Shown here piece after piece: positions 38,105 through 51,870 of a stretch of DNA of 64,000 nucleotides. Origin of the DNA: Lytechinus pictus (Eukaryota); NCBI RefSeq assembly GCF_037042905.1, contig NC_087248.1, forward strand, positions 14,446,001 through 14,510,000, given 5' to 3'. Every line of letters begins with the position of its first letter. The stretch's first letter is position 1. A model generated the notes under the pieces. It did no database searches. It had not been told where the DNA came from and worked only from the letters and a program-made list of their open reading frames with translations. A program made the translations under genes and the position numbers.

Positions 38105-38689
38105 AGGACAAGTCCACCCCAATAAAAAGTTGATTTTAATAAAAAGTGAAAAATCCAACAAGCGTAACACTGAAAATTTCATCAAAATCTTGTTTAAAAT
38201 AAGAAAGTTATCACATTTTTAAGTTTCGCTTGATTTCACAAAACAGTTATATGCACATACTGGTCTGTATGCAAAGGAGGGGACTGATGACGTCACGCAC
38301 TATCTATTTCTTTGGTATTTAATTGTATGAAATATGAAATATTCTAATTTTCTCCTCATTGCCATGTGAAACAAAGTTTTTTTCCTCTCAGAGCATTTGG
38401 TGTTACCATTGTTTTTCCTTTTTATGGTTCGTTCAATTTGATCCATATTGTCAAATTAGTAAAAATTGAAATATTGTATAATTTTAACAATAAAGTGAGG
38501 AACACCATCGACTCCTCCGTTCATATCACTGAGTTTTGCATATAACCGTTTTGTGGAAAATAAGCAAAACTTCAAAACATTGTAACTTTCTTATTTTACC
38601 TCCGATTTTGATGAAAGTTTCAGCGTTATACTTGTTTGATTTTTCTCTTATCGATTCAAATCAACATTTTTCTGGGGTTGACTTTACCT
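38105..38689. mobile_element. TTAA-TSD MITE, copy 3
   Basis: Homologous to 7218-7800. Confidence 0.85.
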
Positions 38690-40099
38690 TTAAGCATAAC
38701 TTAAGTCACACTCGACTGTCAACTGTGAGAAAAAACACTCCCTAGATATGATTGAGTTCCACAGCAATTCTGTCAAAAAATGGCTATAAGATTTGAAATT
38801 TATTATATGGTGTCCTGGGTAAAGATGATTTTCAGTTATCGTGTCTTTTGTTTGAGAGTTTATCATTGAAATGAATTGAAATGAAATGAATACTTGAGGC
38901 ATTTTGGTGGATAGGATGTAAACTAGAAAAAAAAAGGAAGCTGGCCAAGAGATAACTAAGGGTAATAGAGGTTGGACAAAAGATATCTGGATAAGCACGT
39001 TTTCATCAATTAAGAGCACTTTTATACAAAGCTGCTTAGCAGTCAATCACAGAGCAAATTTAGTTTCATTTCTTGGAATTTAAAAAATAACATGAAATCA
39101 GACATTAGACTGTTTGAGTCTTGAAATAAGTTCATCTGAATTTGCATTTTTTTTGTCTTGATTTCATTTATTTTTTCGATGTGGGATATCTGAAATTACC
39201 TTTTCCTGTATACTTTTCCTTTCTTTTTTTGCTATTTTCAACACAAAGATGTATATTGATATATCATCACCTAAATGTTTCATCAATAATTGTATGATTT
39301 GTCATAAATTTTAAAATCTTGTATTGCAAAACAGAAAGTGCTTTCAAACTGTTCATATCTCAATGGATTGACAATAAATCCTATCAGAGAAGTCAATTTA
39401 ATGTGTAGGGATGTGGTGACCAACAATTTTCTTTGCTTTTTTATAGGCCAAGAATCCCAGGTTAGTGACTGTAACAGGTTAATCTCAGTTAATGACGTTT
39501 ATTGTGTACAGCTATCATAAAATGGTCCCATACTGAATTCTCTTGTTTTTATGTCACGTTGCAATTTTCTTAATTATTTGAAAAGAATTGCTTTGGTTTA
39601 TCCTATAGAAGTATAGGATATTTGAACTAAAGTTTACACATTCACATTACCCAATCCTAGAAAAAAAATGATCAGTGATTTTTCTCCCTTTTTTTTGTCT
39701 TCAAACCATATGAAATTTATTGTACTTGTACTAAGACTATTTCCTAATGTGTATTTTACTTTTCTTTGATCAAGAGACATTTTTTGAAAACCTTGGTCAG
39801 TTGGATAAGTTTGTCAGTTATTGTCATTCCATTCAATTTATTTCTGTAATAAATGCATCATATTTTCTTCTCGACATTCAACAACTTTCTGTATCTGCTA
39901 TGTGTTTGCCTGCTTGCTGCAAGAAATTCTTTAGCACTACACTAATTACCAATAAATAAGTTAACTGAGTGTTGACATTCCCTTCAATCACCATAATTGA
40001 AACGTCAAGTCTAGGCCTCCCAACAAAAAGTTAAGTTTAATAAATAGAATGAAAACAAAATAATTATAACACTGAAATTTACAAATCTTTTAAAAATCC

Positions 40100-40310
40100 G
40101 GGGTGTTTCACAAAGATTTAAGTATGACTTAAGAGTCGCACTTAAATGTCAACGCGTACATATGAAACGCACAATCTTATTGATCAATTCGCAGAGGTGC
40201 GCGTCCTCTTTGCATGATCTGGCCAATGCGGTGATGTCTTTTCTTACGCATGCAGCTAGGCATTTCAGTGCGACTCTTGAGTCATACTTAAATCTTTGTG
40301 AAACACCCCC
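40100..40310. mobile_element. Harbinger-like MITE inserted in a remnant of the TTAA family
   Basis: TIR GGGGTGTTTCACAAAGATTTAAGTATGACT; flanks 40020-40445 resemble the TTAA-MITE ends. Confidence 0.75.
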
Positions 40311-42368
40311 CAGATGTGAAATAAAGTCTAAACTTCACACATCCAATTTTCATCCGATTTTGATGAAATTTTCAGTACTCTGTGGTCGTCTGATTTTTCT
40401 GTACTTATTAAAATAAACTTTTTGTTTGTGTGGATTTGGCCTTTAACATTCAGCATCATTGTCCATTCTTCATCACCTTATCAGTAAGATCAACATCACT
40501 TAGAAGATACAGTAGAGTGCATAAACAGACCTGCCATAAGCCAAATAATCGTCAAAGTGAAAGAAAATTTTCATAACAGATCAAGAATGTGTTATTTACC
40601 TCTTCTAAGTCGTAATTTGCCGGACAAATTTATGTCCTTCCAAGAGATTTACCGTAAGTAGAATTCATCTTACATTTTTGTCTTATTTTGTCCAAGTATT
40701 CTGAAATACAATTTAAATAGTCCAACGTGTTTTCACTATGAGGAGCCAAATGTGATGCAAATCTCCATAACTAGATTGATTTATCATCACATTTGGTACT
40801 CCAATCATTACAAATTTTCTTGAAATGATAAATACCATAGTTTACTTCACACGTGTTTTGCATAGTCTGAAATAATGCTTTGAGGTAGACGTGCTCAAGG
40901 GTAGCCGACTATTTGAGCTAGATGGAGGGCAGATTTAGGCAATCTACAATGGTGTGATTGTCCCATGGTGAAAAAAAAAACATGATAATGGTACAACGGA
41001 TGATTAAAATCTAGGCAGATGCCAACGGCAAGTTTGCTCCTGTGGTGTCCGGGTTGTCGGGCAGAATATTGATTGGGAAACCTTTTGAATGACTGATTAA
41101 AACTGTCAATTCTGCATTAGTGAAACAAACTGGAGATAAAACAGTCTTAAAATAAGATATGTTGATAAGACCTGTCTTTAATCACTTTCCATTATGTTTT
41201 CACCTGTATAAATTAATTTAGCCAACTCATCGCCTCATTAGTTCCAATTGATTCAACTTATACAAAGCGAACTATAATAAATATTCACAGAGATAAAAGA
41301 GAGAAAACTGAGAAAGAGGAAAAGAGTGGGGAAAGGATCAAGAGGCATTTGAGTGACTGCTTAAAATGGAAGACTGAGACAAGCTTGTAAGTGTAAAGTA
41401 TATGACAAGGAAAAAAAAGTTAAGTAGATATCTCAAATTTATTTCAGATGCTATAATTTTACAAACATAAAATATATATATCAACTCATCACAATTGGAT
41501 CATACAGCCTTGAAATCTGGGCTCCACTTCATTAAAAAATTGCTCTGATAGCAAGACTGACTGAAATGTCAACTTCATGACAACAGAGAAAATTATGCTT
41601 TTTCATTGGCTCTTGGGTGATATTCCAACAAGAGTTGCTATCATAGCAGCTTTTTTGTGAAATGAGTTCCAGACCTACTGATCTAAAGATTGTTGATTAT
41701 TTTTTTATTTATGCATACAAACGCTTGTATGGTCATTTTACGGATTTTGAATTTTGGGATTTTGTTTCACCTCCAATTGAGACCGCTACCAGAACTGATA
41801 TTGATGTTTAATTAAAAGGAGTTGTTCTGCAGTTTTTTAACAATATTCTTCACAACTGTGAGGTGGATGTTCTTGAAAATACCAATTATGTCTCTTTCAT
41901 TGGCTAATACATTGAGTTTCAAGATAATCATTTGCCACAGCCCAACAGTGCTTCACCATCAGCCAATGGCAATTCTGCAATCTTCATGCTTGGGGCTGTT
42001 AACTTGGCAATCCTGATACTCCAACTGGTGTCCAAGTTGACAGACTAGCTAATAACCACCAGCAGATGACATCTGTACATATTGCATCTCATCTGAATTC
42101 ATCAAGGCCCCGTCTTACAAAGAGTTGCAATTGATCCGATCAATCGCAACTATGGACGCTCAACAACCTCAACATCTATGTTGCAAGTTTGTTCAAAATA
42201 TTTTCTAGCTATGATGTATTCATCGTTTTCTTAAAAATTCACTGTGTTTCTCTTTGGTTACAAAAGACATTGCGCAAATTTCCTGTAGAAAAAATTATGA
42301 CCCTGGTGGATTTCCATAGAGTTACGATTGATTGGATCCATCGTAACTTGTATTAAGGCTGGGCCCTG

Positions 42369-42470
42369 ATTTCCGCCAGAGTGGACCCCTGACTTTCATC
42401 ACAGGCAGGTGTTTACTAGTCCAAAGTGAGCCTTCAGGGGCAGAGTCCATGGAGAGAGTTCTAGTACCAG
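42369..42470 (-). pseudogene. Degenerate tandem copy of the last ~34 codons of the JmjC gene, in its 3' UTR
   Basis: Reads LVLE/(-1 frameshift)/DSAPEGSLWTSKHLPVMKVRGPLWRK versus the true terminus LVLEHLNLDSIPVGSVRTSKHPPVMKIRGLLWRK. Confidence 0.8.
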
Positions 42471-42510
42471 ACAGTACTAATATTGCCTCTCTTAATTAGT
42501 CCATAATCTA

Positions 42511-45500
42511 TCATTTCCGCCAGAGTAGACCCCTAATTTTCATCACTGGCGGGTGCTTACTAGTCCGTACTGAACCTACAGGGATAGAGTCCAAGTTCAG
42601 GTGTTCCAGGACCAGTTTCATTAGTCTATCTAGCTGGTCCTGTGATGGTTTCTCATGCCATGTCTTGAGAAAGAAGCTCCTAAGGCTATCTGTGAGGTTC
42701 TCCAGGACTCGCTGGAAGGACTCAAACGGTCTGTTCTGCTCCACGATGTTGAGGAACCAGTGGGAGAAGGCCTCCCATCTCATGGGCTCCTGAAATCAGA
42801 AAATAAGGGGAAAAAGTCAAAAGTCACAGAAACATTCAACAAATCTCAATCTGTCTCTTCCCATTTTTATTTCATCAGCTGAAGTTAAAATATGATCTTT
42901 ATCATATAGATTTAAATTCTTGTTAATAAGCACCATCATGAAAAGCTTATTGGTTGTCAAAAATGTGATTAGGTTCTTAGGAAATTCATCACCACTTTGT
43001 TGAAAAGATTGGGAAAAGCTGGCGAATCTCATAAGCACAAGAACACTTACAGGTCATAGGCCATGTATAAATGGCTATGTGATACTCTGGAATGCTTGAT
43101 ATATTTTGTGATATCAATACAAAGAGCTGACAGAATGGAGATGTGAGATAACAATATGAGTTAGGAATGACATCTTTAATGAACCTTTTCCTGTGTGTCC
43201 TTGGTTATTTTGAAGGAAGTACAATTATGCAATGGCAATGTCTTTCTCTTATTGCATCTCAAGGCAATAATTTTTGTCTGAAACACGCTGAAAGCTCAAT
43301 CGCAAAAAATATCATGATAGGCGTTATACCATGGACCCAATATTGTTTATCCACAGGAATTTCACATTCACAATAATAATGAAATCATTTTCATATCTTG
43401 CAGCCCTAGCTTTCACATTACCATGGATAGGGAAAAAAATGTATTATCTCACCATAATCTTTGTTAGGTAGATATTGTCTCCAGCATCCCCATAGAAGAA
43501 ATTGATAGAGATGGTCATTTCTAGAGAAGTCACTTGATGCCACCAGAAAGCAGGAATAAATAACCTGAGAAAAAGAAAAATAGTTTGCATTACTTGACAA
43601 AAAAAGGTACCAAATAAATAATACAGGATTTGTATAGCGCACGTATCCACCTTGCTAGGTGCTCAAGGCGCTCCTTTATTAGTCTACCTTTTTTTGAGGA
43701 ATTTACTTCCTGCCGGTACCCATTTACCTCACCTGGGTCGAGTGCAGCAGTGTGGATAAATTTCTTGCTGTAGGAAATCACACCATGGCTAGGATTTGAA
43801 CCCACGACCCTCTGTTTGAAAGGCGAGAGTCAGAACCACTAGACCACGACGCACCCACAAAATTGGGGAAATACAAAATTTCCCCAATATTTTTTATTTT
43901 TATTTCATAGGCGATTTTCTGACTTGACAGCTTGATAACTTTGGAAATGTAATTGGAATATAATGAACATTGATTGCAGCAAGAACTAAAATCATTTCAT
44001 ATATGGAGAAAATGTGAAACTGCAAGAATATATGATCGTTATAAAGCTTAGATTTCATGATGTCACAAATTTCAGTTAACAGAAATGTATAAGATCTAGA
44101 TCTATGAAGGTATAATGACAATTAACCTTGGTTTTACAGACTTTCTCATGAAATTGGAGTTTGTTGCAACTGCTTTCATTTGCTTTCATAACTTTTCATA
44201 TTTCATAAACAATTTATTGGAAATGAGAATACTTACATTTCTCCAGCATTCAGAGTACACTGGTGACACTGCACCCCTTTAAACTTGGGAAAAGCTTCTA
44301 GGTCCGGTGTGTCACAGTTGACCTGTGCCTGAATAGTACGACCTCTTGACCCCAGCGGGTTAGGGTACAAAGGTTGAATGTCACACCCATATAGCTTGAC
44401 CCTCTTAGAACCATTCAAGATGACAAGGAGACCATCGTCTGGATCAAAGTGACAGAATTCTGTAAGGAATAAAAAGGCAAAATCAAACAGTAATAATATT
44501 TCAGTTGATTAAGAAGAGTGCATTTGCTGGTAACATGCCAAAGCAGCAGACTGGCACTTAGTTTGCAGGCAGAGACCCTGATTGAAACTTTTATCATCAA
44601 GTGTGTCTTCACAAAAGACTAGCACATTTAAACTTGCTGTTTCAATTTGGGCCTGAAATACACAAGTCATTGTAACGGAAGTGAAGGTTTGCACAGCAGA
44701 CTAATGGGCTCCAGCCAATGGAGCAGCATATTCTATGGTATGTTAAAAACTTAAAGAGAATCTACTGTTGTGGGAATGGTGAAAACAATGATTAGTTTTG
44801 AAGCTCTTTTTTATTTTCATTGTGGACAAAGATTTTAGTATAAAGGATCCAATGCAAATGACTGCTCTTCCACTGTAAAAACATTCAAATATGACAAACA
44901 TCAGCTCAAAATGTCTGAAACATTTGTGTGTTTTCCATACATGCATTTCTATGCGCAGGAGCCTGTTGCAGAAATTTTCAGATCAAGCATTTGATCAAAT
45001 TCACTGGGTGATAGCCACAAGTGTCTTAAAATTATTCAACTTTCCCAAGCAAGCCTTCAACATTCAATTAGTCACATTGTTTCAAATGGAATGCAAAAAT
45101 GGAGCGGAGATATACATGTATATCATCTGAATGCTAAAATAGTGTGGAGATGTTGTACATTTATATAATTACCATAATGTCCTTTCATGGCAATCCAGAG
45201 ATATGGACCGCCGTGTAACTTTTCAACGTATCCGGGTATGTCGATATCTGCCTGTGGAGAGATCAGTATAAAGAAAACAAAACTTATAAGTATGAAACCA
45301 TTAAATACAGTATGATTTTATTGGTTATAGGCCCCAAGACAGTTTAAATCAGTGGGAAAATAACTTAGATTTGTATTTTCAAGACCAGAGCTCATTTCTA
45401 GTGTAGTAACTGTTCATAAGGATGGTGTAAATTATCATTCCTAAGGTTTGCTTTTGATGTTACTAACTTGTTTTACCTAGTCTTTCATGAGCCAGCATAT

Positions 45501-48234
45501 GAAGACTAGCTGTATCCTGTCACTTTTGCTGTGGTAAAAAAAGCTGTGACTTTTATTAATGGAATTTCAATTTAGTCTGATATATTAATAAGGATCTGTA
45601 TCAGCATTGGTAAACTAATTATGCAACCTTCCCTTGTAGTCCCTCAATTTGCTCTAGAAATATCTTAATTACCTACGAACATGAAATATTCTTATTCTTC
45701 AATGTAATCCCTGCCCAAACCACAACAAATATAATTCAAGTATGGATCCAAGTGATTAATTTCCCTATAAACTTTTAAATGGAGTAAATAGCAAATGAAT
45801 CAAGTATCCTCCACCAATACCACCTTTACATTAGCAAAAACACCAAAAGGCAAAGAAACTATCAGAATATATTCATTGTATACCTCTAACTCAGGAAACG
45901 TGCTGCGAATATTCTGCACCGCCAGGTAAGAACTCCTCGCTCTGCTGTTTTCAGCTCTGATGTCATCAATGTATTCCCTCAAGGGACTTTCCCTTATGCT
46001 GTATGATTTACCAACCTGTAATAGAAAGTATACGTAAGAAAAGAGAAGTAGTTAGTACTACTGTTTTCACTTTGTTTCTTATAAATAATCGTAATTTCTG
46101 TTATCTGCATTGAATTAACTTAAACCAACTCCAGACTGACCAGTGTCCTCTTACATAATGACTTGTTATAATAACAGAAAACAATTTCTAACAAATCAGC
46201 CAACCAGATTATATTATTTCAGTAGCTTTTAACTGTTATTATAAATTTGTTGTTAAAACAAGTTTTATGAAACAGACCCCTGAGCTATGACATTGTTTTC
46301 CAATGGCATGCCATTGATCAAATTGGAGTCGGTTACATTAGTATGACTGAGGCATTGTTTTGTAAGGTGGACCCCTTTTAGATTTGGAGGATCTGACAGT
46401 GGGGACATCTTCAAGCATCAATCACAATATCTGAGATATCTTCCAAACATGTGCCTAGACAGGTTACACTTCCAAAGCAAAAAAAAGTATTTAGATTATT
46501 ACAAATCACTAGCAATAAACTTATGACAGGCAATAATATATTACTTAGTATAAATAATCAAAATTTATTTAATTCTATATGTTGAAAATGTGGAAAATAA
46601 TTAGGAATGAAATGAATAAGCTGAAATAAATCAACCCGTAGTTAGCACAAAAAGTACAAAGCTGAATCCTAGTAAATTTACCAACCAGATATAGGACCCC
46701 CAGGGCAGGCCAGCAAGCCATCTTATATCTTAGTTCAATTTTCATATAGTGGTCAGAAATGAGCGATGCAATTGGCTTGATAGGATTGCAAACTTATTTA
46801 AATTAGGCGTGCATATCAGTCTGTTGCCTAAATAGCATTGCCTTCAGCATGCCAAGTAGGATGTCATTTGTTGTTAAATATGTTTGCCAAATCTACCCCC
46901 TCAACGCATACCTTATATGATTCCTTGTCAGTTTGTTGCCTAATAAATGCCTTGTTATGTCCCGCCTTTCTTGAAAGCTCATCTAGAGTCCATTGTGATG
47001 CAGGCCATTTGTCTGCTACATCTGTTATAACAACTGGAACACCTATACAACATTGGATACAAGGGTATAGTGCTTTAGTGGTGCTTATCCAATACCTTGC
47101 AGGTTCTTTTGCAACCAGGTATATGTCTACCCATCTGTCTCATAGACATATAGTTGTTATTGTTTCTTACTTTTTGTTTGTGTGTTAATGTTGTAAAGAA
47201 AAGTGACATATTTATTTAAATTGCAATGCTAAATCTTATATTACTTGTTCTGTCAAATTCTTTACTCTTTGAAAGTCCTACACTTTTGGACAGAAATTGA
47301 TTTGACAACATTGGAATGTGAACCGTTTGAAAAGACAGAGAATGTGGGCAAAGTGAACATTCCAAGGCTCCAAGCACTGGGTCGACATCCTAGTGCTGTT
47401 GGTAGTAGGACTGTAGGAGAAGAATCTCCAATTTGTGTTACTGAAAATATCAGCATTTTCATTGGCAAGCAATAATTTTGATCACAAACTGACAAAGAGC
47501 AAAGGTGAAAGATGCAAATACACACTCTCACCTCACTCTAACTCTCATAAAAACATTTGTTGTAGAGACATGAAATAAAGTAGAATAACTCTAGTTTTAG
47601 TTGCTCAGCCTCAGTTGACCAATCATTTTTTTGGGGGGTAAATTTTGTATATTTTCACTGAAATTGGTATTTATTCTTCATAAATAGCTTAGATTGCCCC
47701 AAATTCCAGATTCCACTCAATGGATATATATGCTGAGAAAAAAATAAACTTAATTTAAAGTTTAGGTTAAATAGCAAAGTCAACGTCAAAGAAACTTTGC
47801 CTGGAAATTCATTCAGTTCATGAATTTGGAAGAAATCAATCAAGATTCAACTCAAGATTCAACTTCAATCAAGACATCAAGTGCAACTGCAACTGCAAAG
47901 TGCAAGCGCAGTTTCGACTTGGTCTTGGATTATTTTTACTACCATTACTATAATAAAGGTAATAAAGTAATAAGATGTGCTCAGCTCAGCACTCAAAGAG
48001 TATTTACGTTAGACCCAACAGGATTGCGTATATGTGGGTCTGTACAAAAAGTATGCACACTGACTCAACACGAATATATATGACTGGGACTGTATTGGAG
48101 AATGGAACTTAATACCGACTAATTTAGAACTTAACATACATCGAAAATAACAAACCTTTTCGCAGGTAGTTTGCTCTGAAGTCCTGGTCAGATGGAGCTG
48201 ATATTCGTGGAATATCAAAAGTTTCCACATTCAT
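42511..48234 (-). CDS. JmjC/cupin-like 2-oxoglutarate-Fe(II) oxygenase (TYW5/KDM8/FIH-like fold), 344 aa, 7 exons
   Basis: Exons (minus) 48234-48156, 47042-46912, 46015-45884, 45251-45173, 44459-44237, 43564-43453, 42789-42511; GT-AG, total 1035 nt. Motifs GVPVVITD...WPA..WT, YLAVQN, PYLWI, HxD (CHFDPDD), GSKRVKLY and LNAGEMLFIPAFWWHQV..ISINFF. Confidence 0.9.
43618..43857 (-). mobile_element. tRNA-derived SINE in a JmjC gene intron
   Basis: Minus-strand head with Pol III A box TGGTCTAGTGG and B box GGTTCAAATCC, a body shared with the 14999 copy, and a LINE-like tail ending in (TAT)n. Confidence 0.85.
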
Positions 48235-48452
48235 GATTCAGCCGTGGCGTTTCTAATAATACAGACTTACCACTAAGTCTTAATCTCTTTTTCGGCAGGG
48301 GCCGCGGAACGGTTTACAAAGGGGGGGGGGATGAGCCATAAATGGGGGGCTGACCACACTTTTTGTAGCTATGACTCAGATCAAACTCAAAGCTCAGATT
48401 TATTAGAGCTAGAGATAGGTCTATTACAAATATTTATAATCTGTATTATTAG

Positions 48453-48628
48453 CAGGGGCTGCGGAACGGTTTTCAAAGTGGGGGGGGGGGGTTGATAACG
48501 TGCATGCCATATGGGGCTGACCATGCAAAACATATCACAATCATATGGTCATTTTTACGTTTTTGAACACAGTTTTTGTAAAAATTGGGGACTGCAGCCC
48601 CCCCCCCCCCCCGCTTCCGCAGCCCCTG
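48453..48628. mobile_element. Short CAGGGG-TIR MITE with 5-bp TSD (ATTAG)
   Basis: CAGGGGCTGCGGAA...TTCCGCAGCCCCTG. Family copies at 13541-13613 (TSD CTACC), 50131-50296 (TATCG/TATTG) and a partial copy at ~48296. Confidence 0.8.
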
Positions 48629-49419
48629 ATTAGTATCAGTCAGTATCTCTCTCCCCGGGGGGGGGGGCGGGCCGGGGCAGTCAAATATGCATATGCATGG
48701 CTGCGTGACCAAAAAAACACGTTTATAAAGGGTTTTTTTTTTCAGTTTTGGACACGGGCCGCACGTGCACTCGTTAAGGGTATCAAAAACACTGATTTAA
48801 AAAAAAGAGATAGTTTTGAAAGACTGGTCAATGGTCAACAATCCCAGGGTGAAAAACGTATTGTATGGTTTTTTTTTCCAAAGCTTTTTTTTTAAGACTA
48901 GCCAAACGTTTTTCCCCAAGCTTTTTCCCCCGGGGTCATATTCTGGCGAAAACTTGTTTAGGGGCCAAAATGTGTAAATAAAGCTCGCGAAAAACTTGTT
49001 TAGGGGGGGATTTTGCACACACAGAAAAACTCGTTTAGGGGGTGTTTGGAAATAATTTGGCCACTTGTGTGTACAGCAATACATTTGACTGCCCCCCCCC
49101 CCCCACCCCCCGGGTCTCGCTTAGATCAATGACAATTATGATCTAGACCAAATTAATATAATATCGTTATCGAGATGACCAATTTTTTTCACATGTCCCC
49201 AATTTATCTATGTGACCCCATATGAACTAATGAGAAGGATGAAGGACTTGAACTGGAAGCACGACTGCTGGGATCATCAGCACTCTTCCAGAATCTCGGA
49301 TAAAGGTAAAGGATGGAATATACCCCGGCCCTTTACCAAAATATCTTTATGTCACCCCCTCTATCAAAAAACCAAAAAAAAATGAATAACAATAAAAAAA
49401 TAAAATAATGATTATAACA

Positions 49420-49493
49420 TGATTATTATTATCATTATTATTATTATCATCATTATCGTTATTATTATTATTATTATAATAATAATGATAATA
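49420..49493. repeat. (ATT)n/(AAT)n microsatellite
   Basis: Imperfect att run switching to aat. Confidence 0.85.
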
Positions 49494-49785
49494 AAAAAGA
49501 ATAGAACAAAAGTTAGGATATCATATCGATCATTGAGTGATCAAGTTAGATATCTAATGAATAATTAGCCAATTAAAGCATATGCCCCCCCCCCCATGAA
49601 TAAATGAAAAAATAATAAATAGTTGGAAAAAAAAAGATGAATAAAAATGAATTAATAACTACATAAATTTGTAAACTAATCTATTTATTTATTAGAATTA
49701 ATGAGCAAAAATAAAAGAAAAGAAAGAAAGGTGAAATAAGAAACAATATGAAAAATAAAAAGAGGGAGAAAATAAGGGATCTATA

Positions 49786-51870
49786 CACAACAAAAAAAGT
49801 AAGTCCCCCCTAGATCAAATTGCTGTAACTTTTGAACCGAGTTATTTTGAGATATGATATTTCGTAGGTGGTTTTCTACACTCATTAAGCAACTCCCGGA
49901 GAACAATGAGATTGATCGATTGAGTCATGCATGAGTAATTAAAGATTGAATTAAAAATGACCATTTTCGAAAGTCACAAGAGTCGTTTTTCAGATTGTGC
50001 AAATACAAAGTTGGGCAAAAGTTGTTTTTAGGTGAATTTTATGGTGTTATGCTGTTTTACTATCCATCATTTAGCCACTCCACACACAATTTTGATATCG
50101 TATGTTCATGGTTGAGTGAGCACAATATCGCAGGGGCCGCGGAAGCGGGGTGGGGGCCCACTTTTTTCCAAAAGCATGTACAAAAGTGTAAAAATTACCA
50201 TACGATTGTAATTTTTTGCATGGTCAGTCCCACCCCCCCCCCCCACTTTTGTCTCAGCCCCTCCCCCACACTTTGAAAACCGTTCCGCGGCCCCTGTATT
50301 GTGACGTATCATCATAGGGGTTTTTGGTAGTATCCTCTACAACTTGTTAGGTCATATTAAAATTTGAAAATGTTGGTGGCTCACCCGATTATAAGCCCCT
50401 CCCCCATTTTTAAATTCTGGATCCACCACTGATTTGTCCATAAATTAAACTGATCATGAGAAATTGTTAGGAAAAGAATACAGTTATGCAGTATAAAGAG
50501 TATTCATTCCTAAGTTTTCGAATGTGCTCGGTCAACCATGAAAATGTTAAAAGTTCGGAAAGTGTGTGGTGATAGAAATGATGGATGATAAAAACAACAG
50601 CAATTAAAGTCACATTTGAAACCGAATTTGCCCCCAATATTCACCTTATTACCCTTTAAAATGAGTCTGTGACATTGAAAATACCCATTTTTCCACTTTG
50701 ATGCGTGCTCACTCATCCATAAATAAACAAATCGATTTCATTTTTGCACAGAATTCTGCCCATAGGTTGATAAACATTACTGCCAAGTGACATTGCTAAA
50801 GACAGCCTTGAAAAAAAGTTCCACCATATTGAATAAAGGGTTACTTATTCTTAAACATATGCACCCATAATGTACACAAGTCTATGAGAGAGGAAGTCAA
50901 ACTTTTAACAAATATGAAATAAGGGGTTTGTTTCATGGACGGTTTTTGTTACTTCTGCTAACAGTTATTTCATGAAACTTCGCACATGGCTTCAGAGTAA
51001 CACTATCCAAAAGGTGCGCACACCAAAATAACAATTCGATAGGCACAGAGTGGGGCCAAGGCCTTGAACTTTCTTCTCATTTGCATAATTTTCGAATATT
51101 GTGTGCTCACTGATGCATTAAACATCGGGATTTTCATAAAAATCAAATCATATGAACCATGCAAGGAGGTTTGTGACAGATATCCATAGTTACAAATTGC
51201 ATTTTTTTCCAATAACGTAAAAAGGAGCTAATCACATTCCACATGTTCATTCAAGCGTGAATGCTTAATTAAACGCCTTTGAATCATTGAAGCGTGTTAA
51301 CTGGTCATGAAAATAACGAAAAAGTTGATAAAAGATCAGTTTCAGTTACCAAAATGAAACAATACTTGCCTATGATATTTGAAAACCGTATTTCTTGTTT
51401 CCAATAAATGTTCATTGAACCGTGAAACGATGAATATTGTTGAAGATACTCTTCCCCAAAATAACTGTCATCATATTCTATCATTTTTATTGATGAAAAA
51501 GTGTAAAAAATCCAATTATAGCAAATTTGGACTTGTGTTTATTCAACCGTGAAATTTAGCCAAAAAAATGTATCGTCTTTTAGAAAGTACCTTTTACAAG
51601 CCTTCTGACTATTTTTCATGATGAGAATGTGGATTCAGTTCCAATAAAATGGAATCAAAGTCATGATTTTTGGCTTGTGACTTTTGAAAAGTGACATTTT
51701 TGCCTTCTGACGGTGCTCACTGAAGCATGACGTAAAATACATCCATAACATTTACTCAGAGGGTAGCTCATAAAATTACCTACACGCTCATGTAAAAATA
51801 TATCAAAAACTCGTATTGGTTCGGAAATTATTGATGTTTGTTCAAGGGGGGACTTACTTTTTTTGTTGTG
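49786..51870. mobile_element. ~2.1-kb Tc1/mariner-like non-autonomous element (TA TSD)
   Basis: TA|CACAACAAAAAAAGTAAGTCCCCCCT ... AGGGGGGACTTACTTTTTTTGTTGTG|TA with further imperfect subterminal inversion; no transposase ORF seen. Confidence 0.8.

Noticed and set aside
43780-43857. tRNA-like sequence with A and B boxes
   Set aside because: It continues into a SINE body and tail and has a second degenerate copy at ~15000; it is a SINE head, not a tRNA gene.
2694-48234. Apparent functional cluster of RNA/transcription genes (TAF13, RPP21, CSTF2, TYW5-like fold)
   Set aside because: Housekeeping genes are often adjacent by chance, and the JmjC substrate is unknown; only the TAF13-RPP21 spacing is unusual.
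49786-51870. Possible autonomous Tc1/mariner transposon
   Set aside because: No transposase-length ORF or DDE/D motif is visible; treated as non-autonomous.
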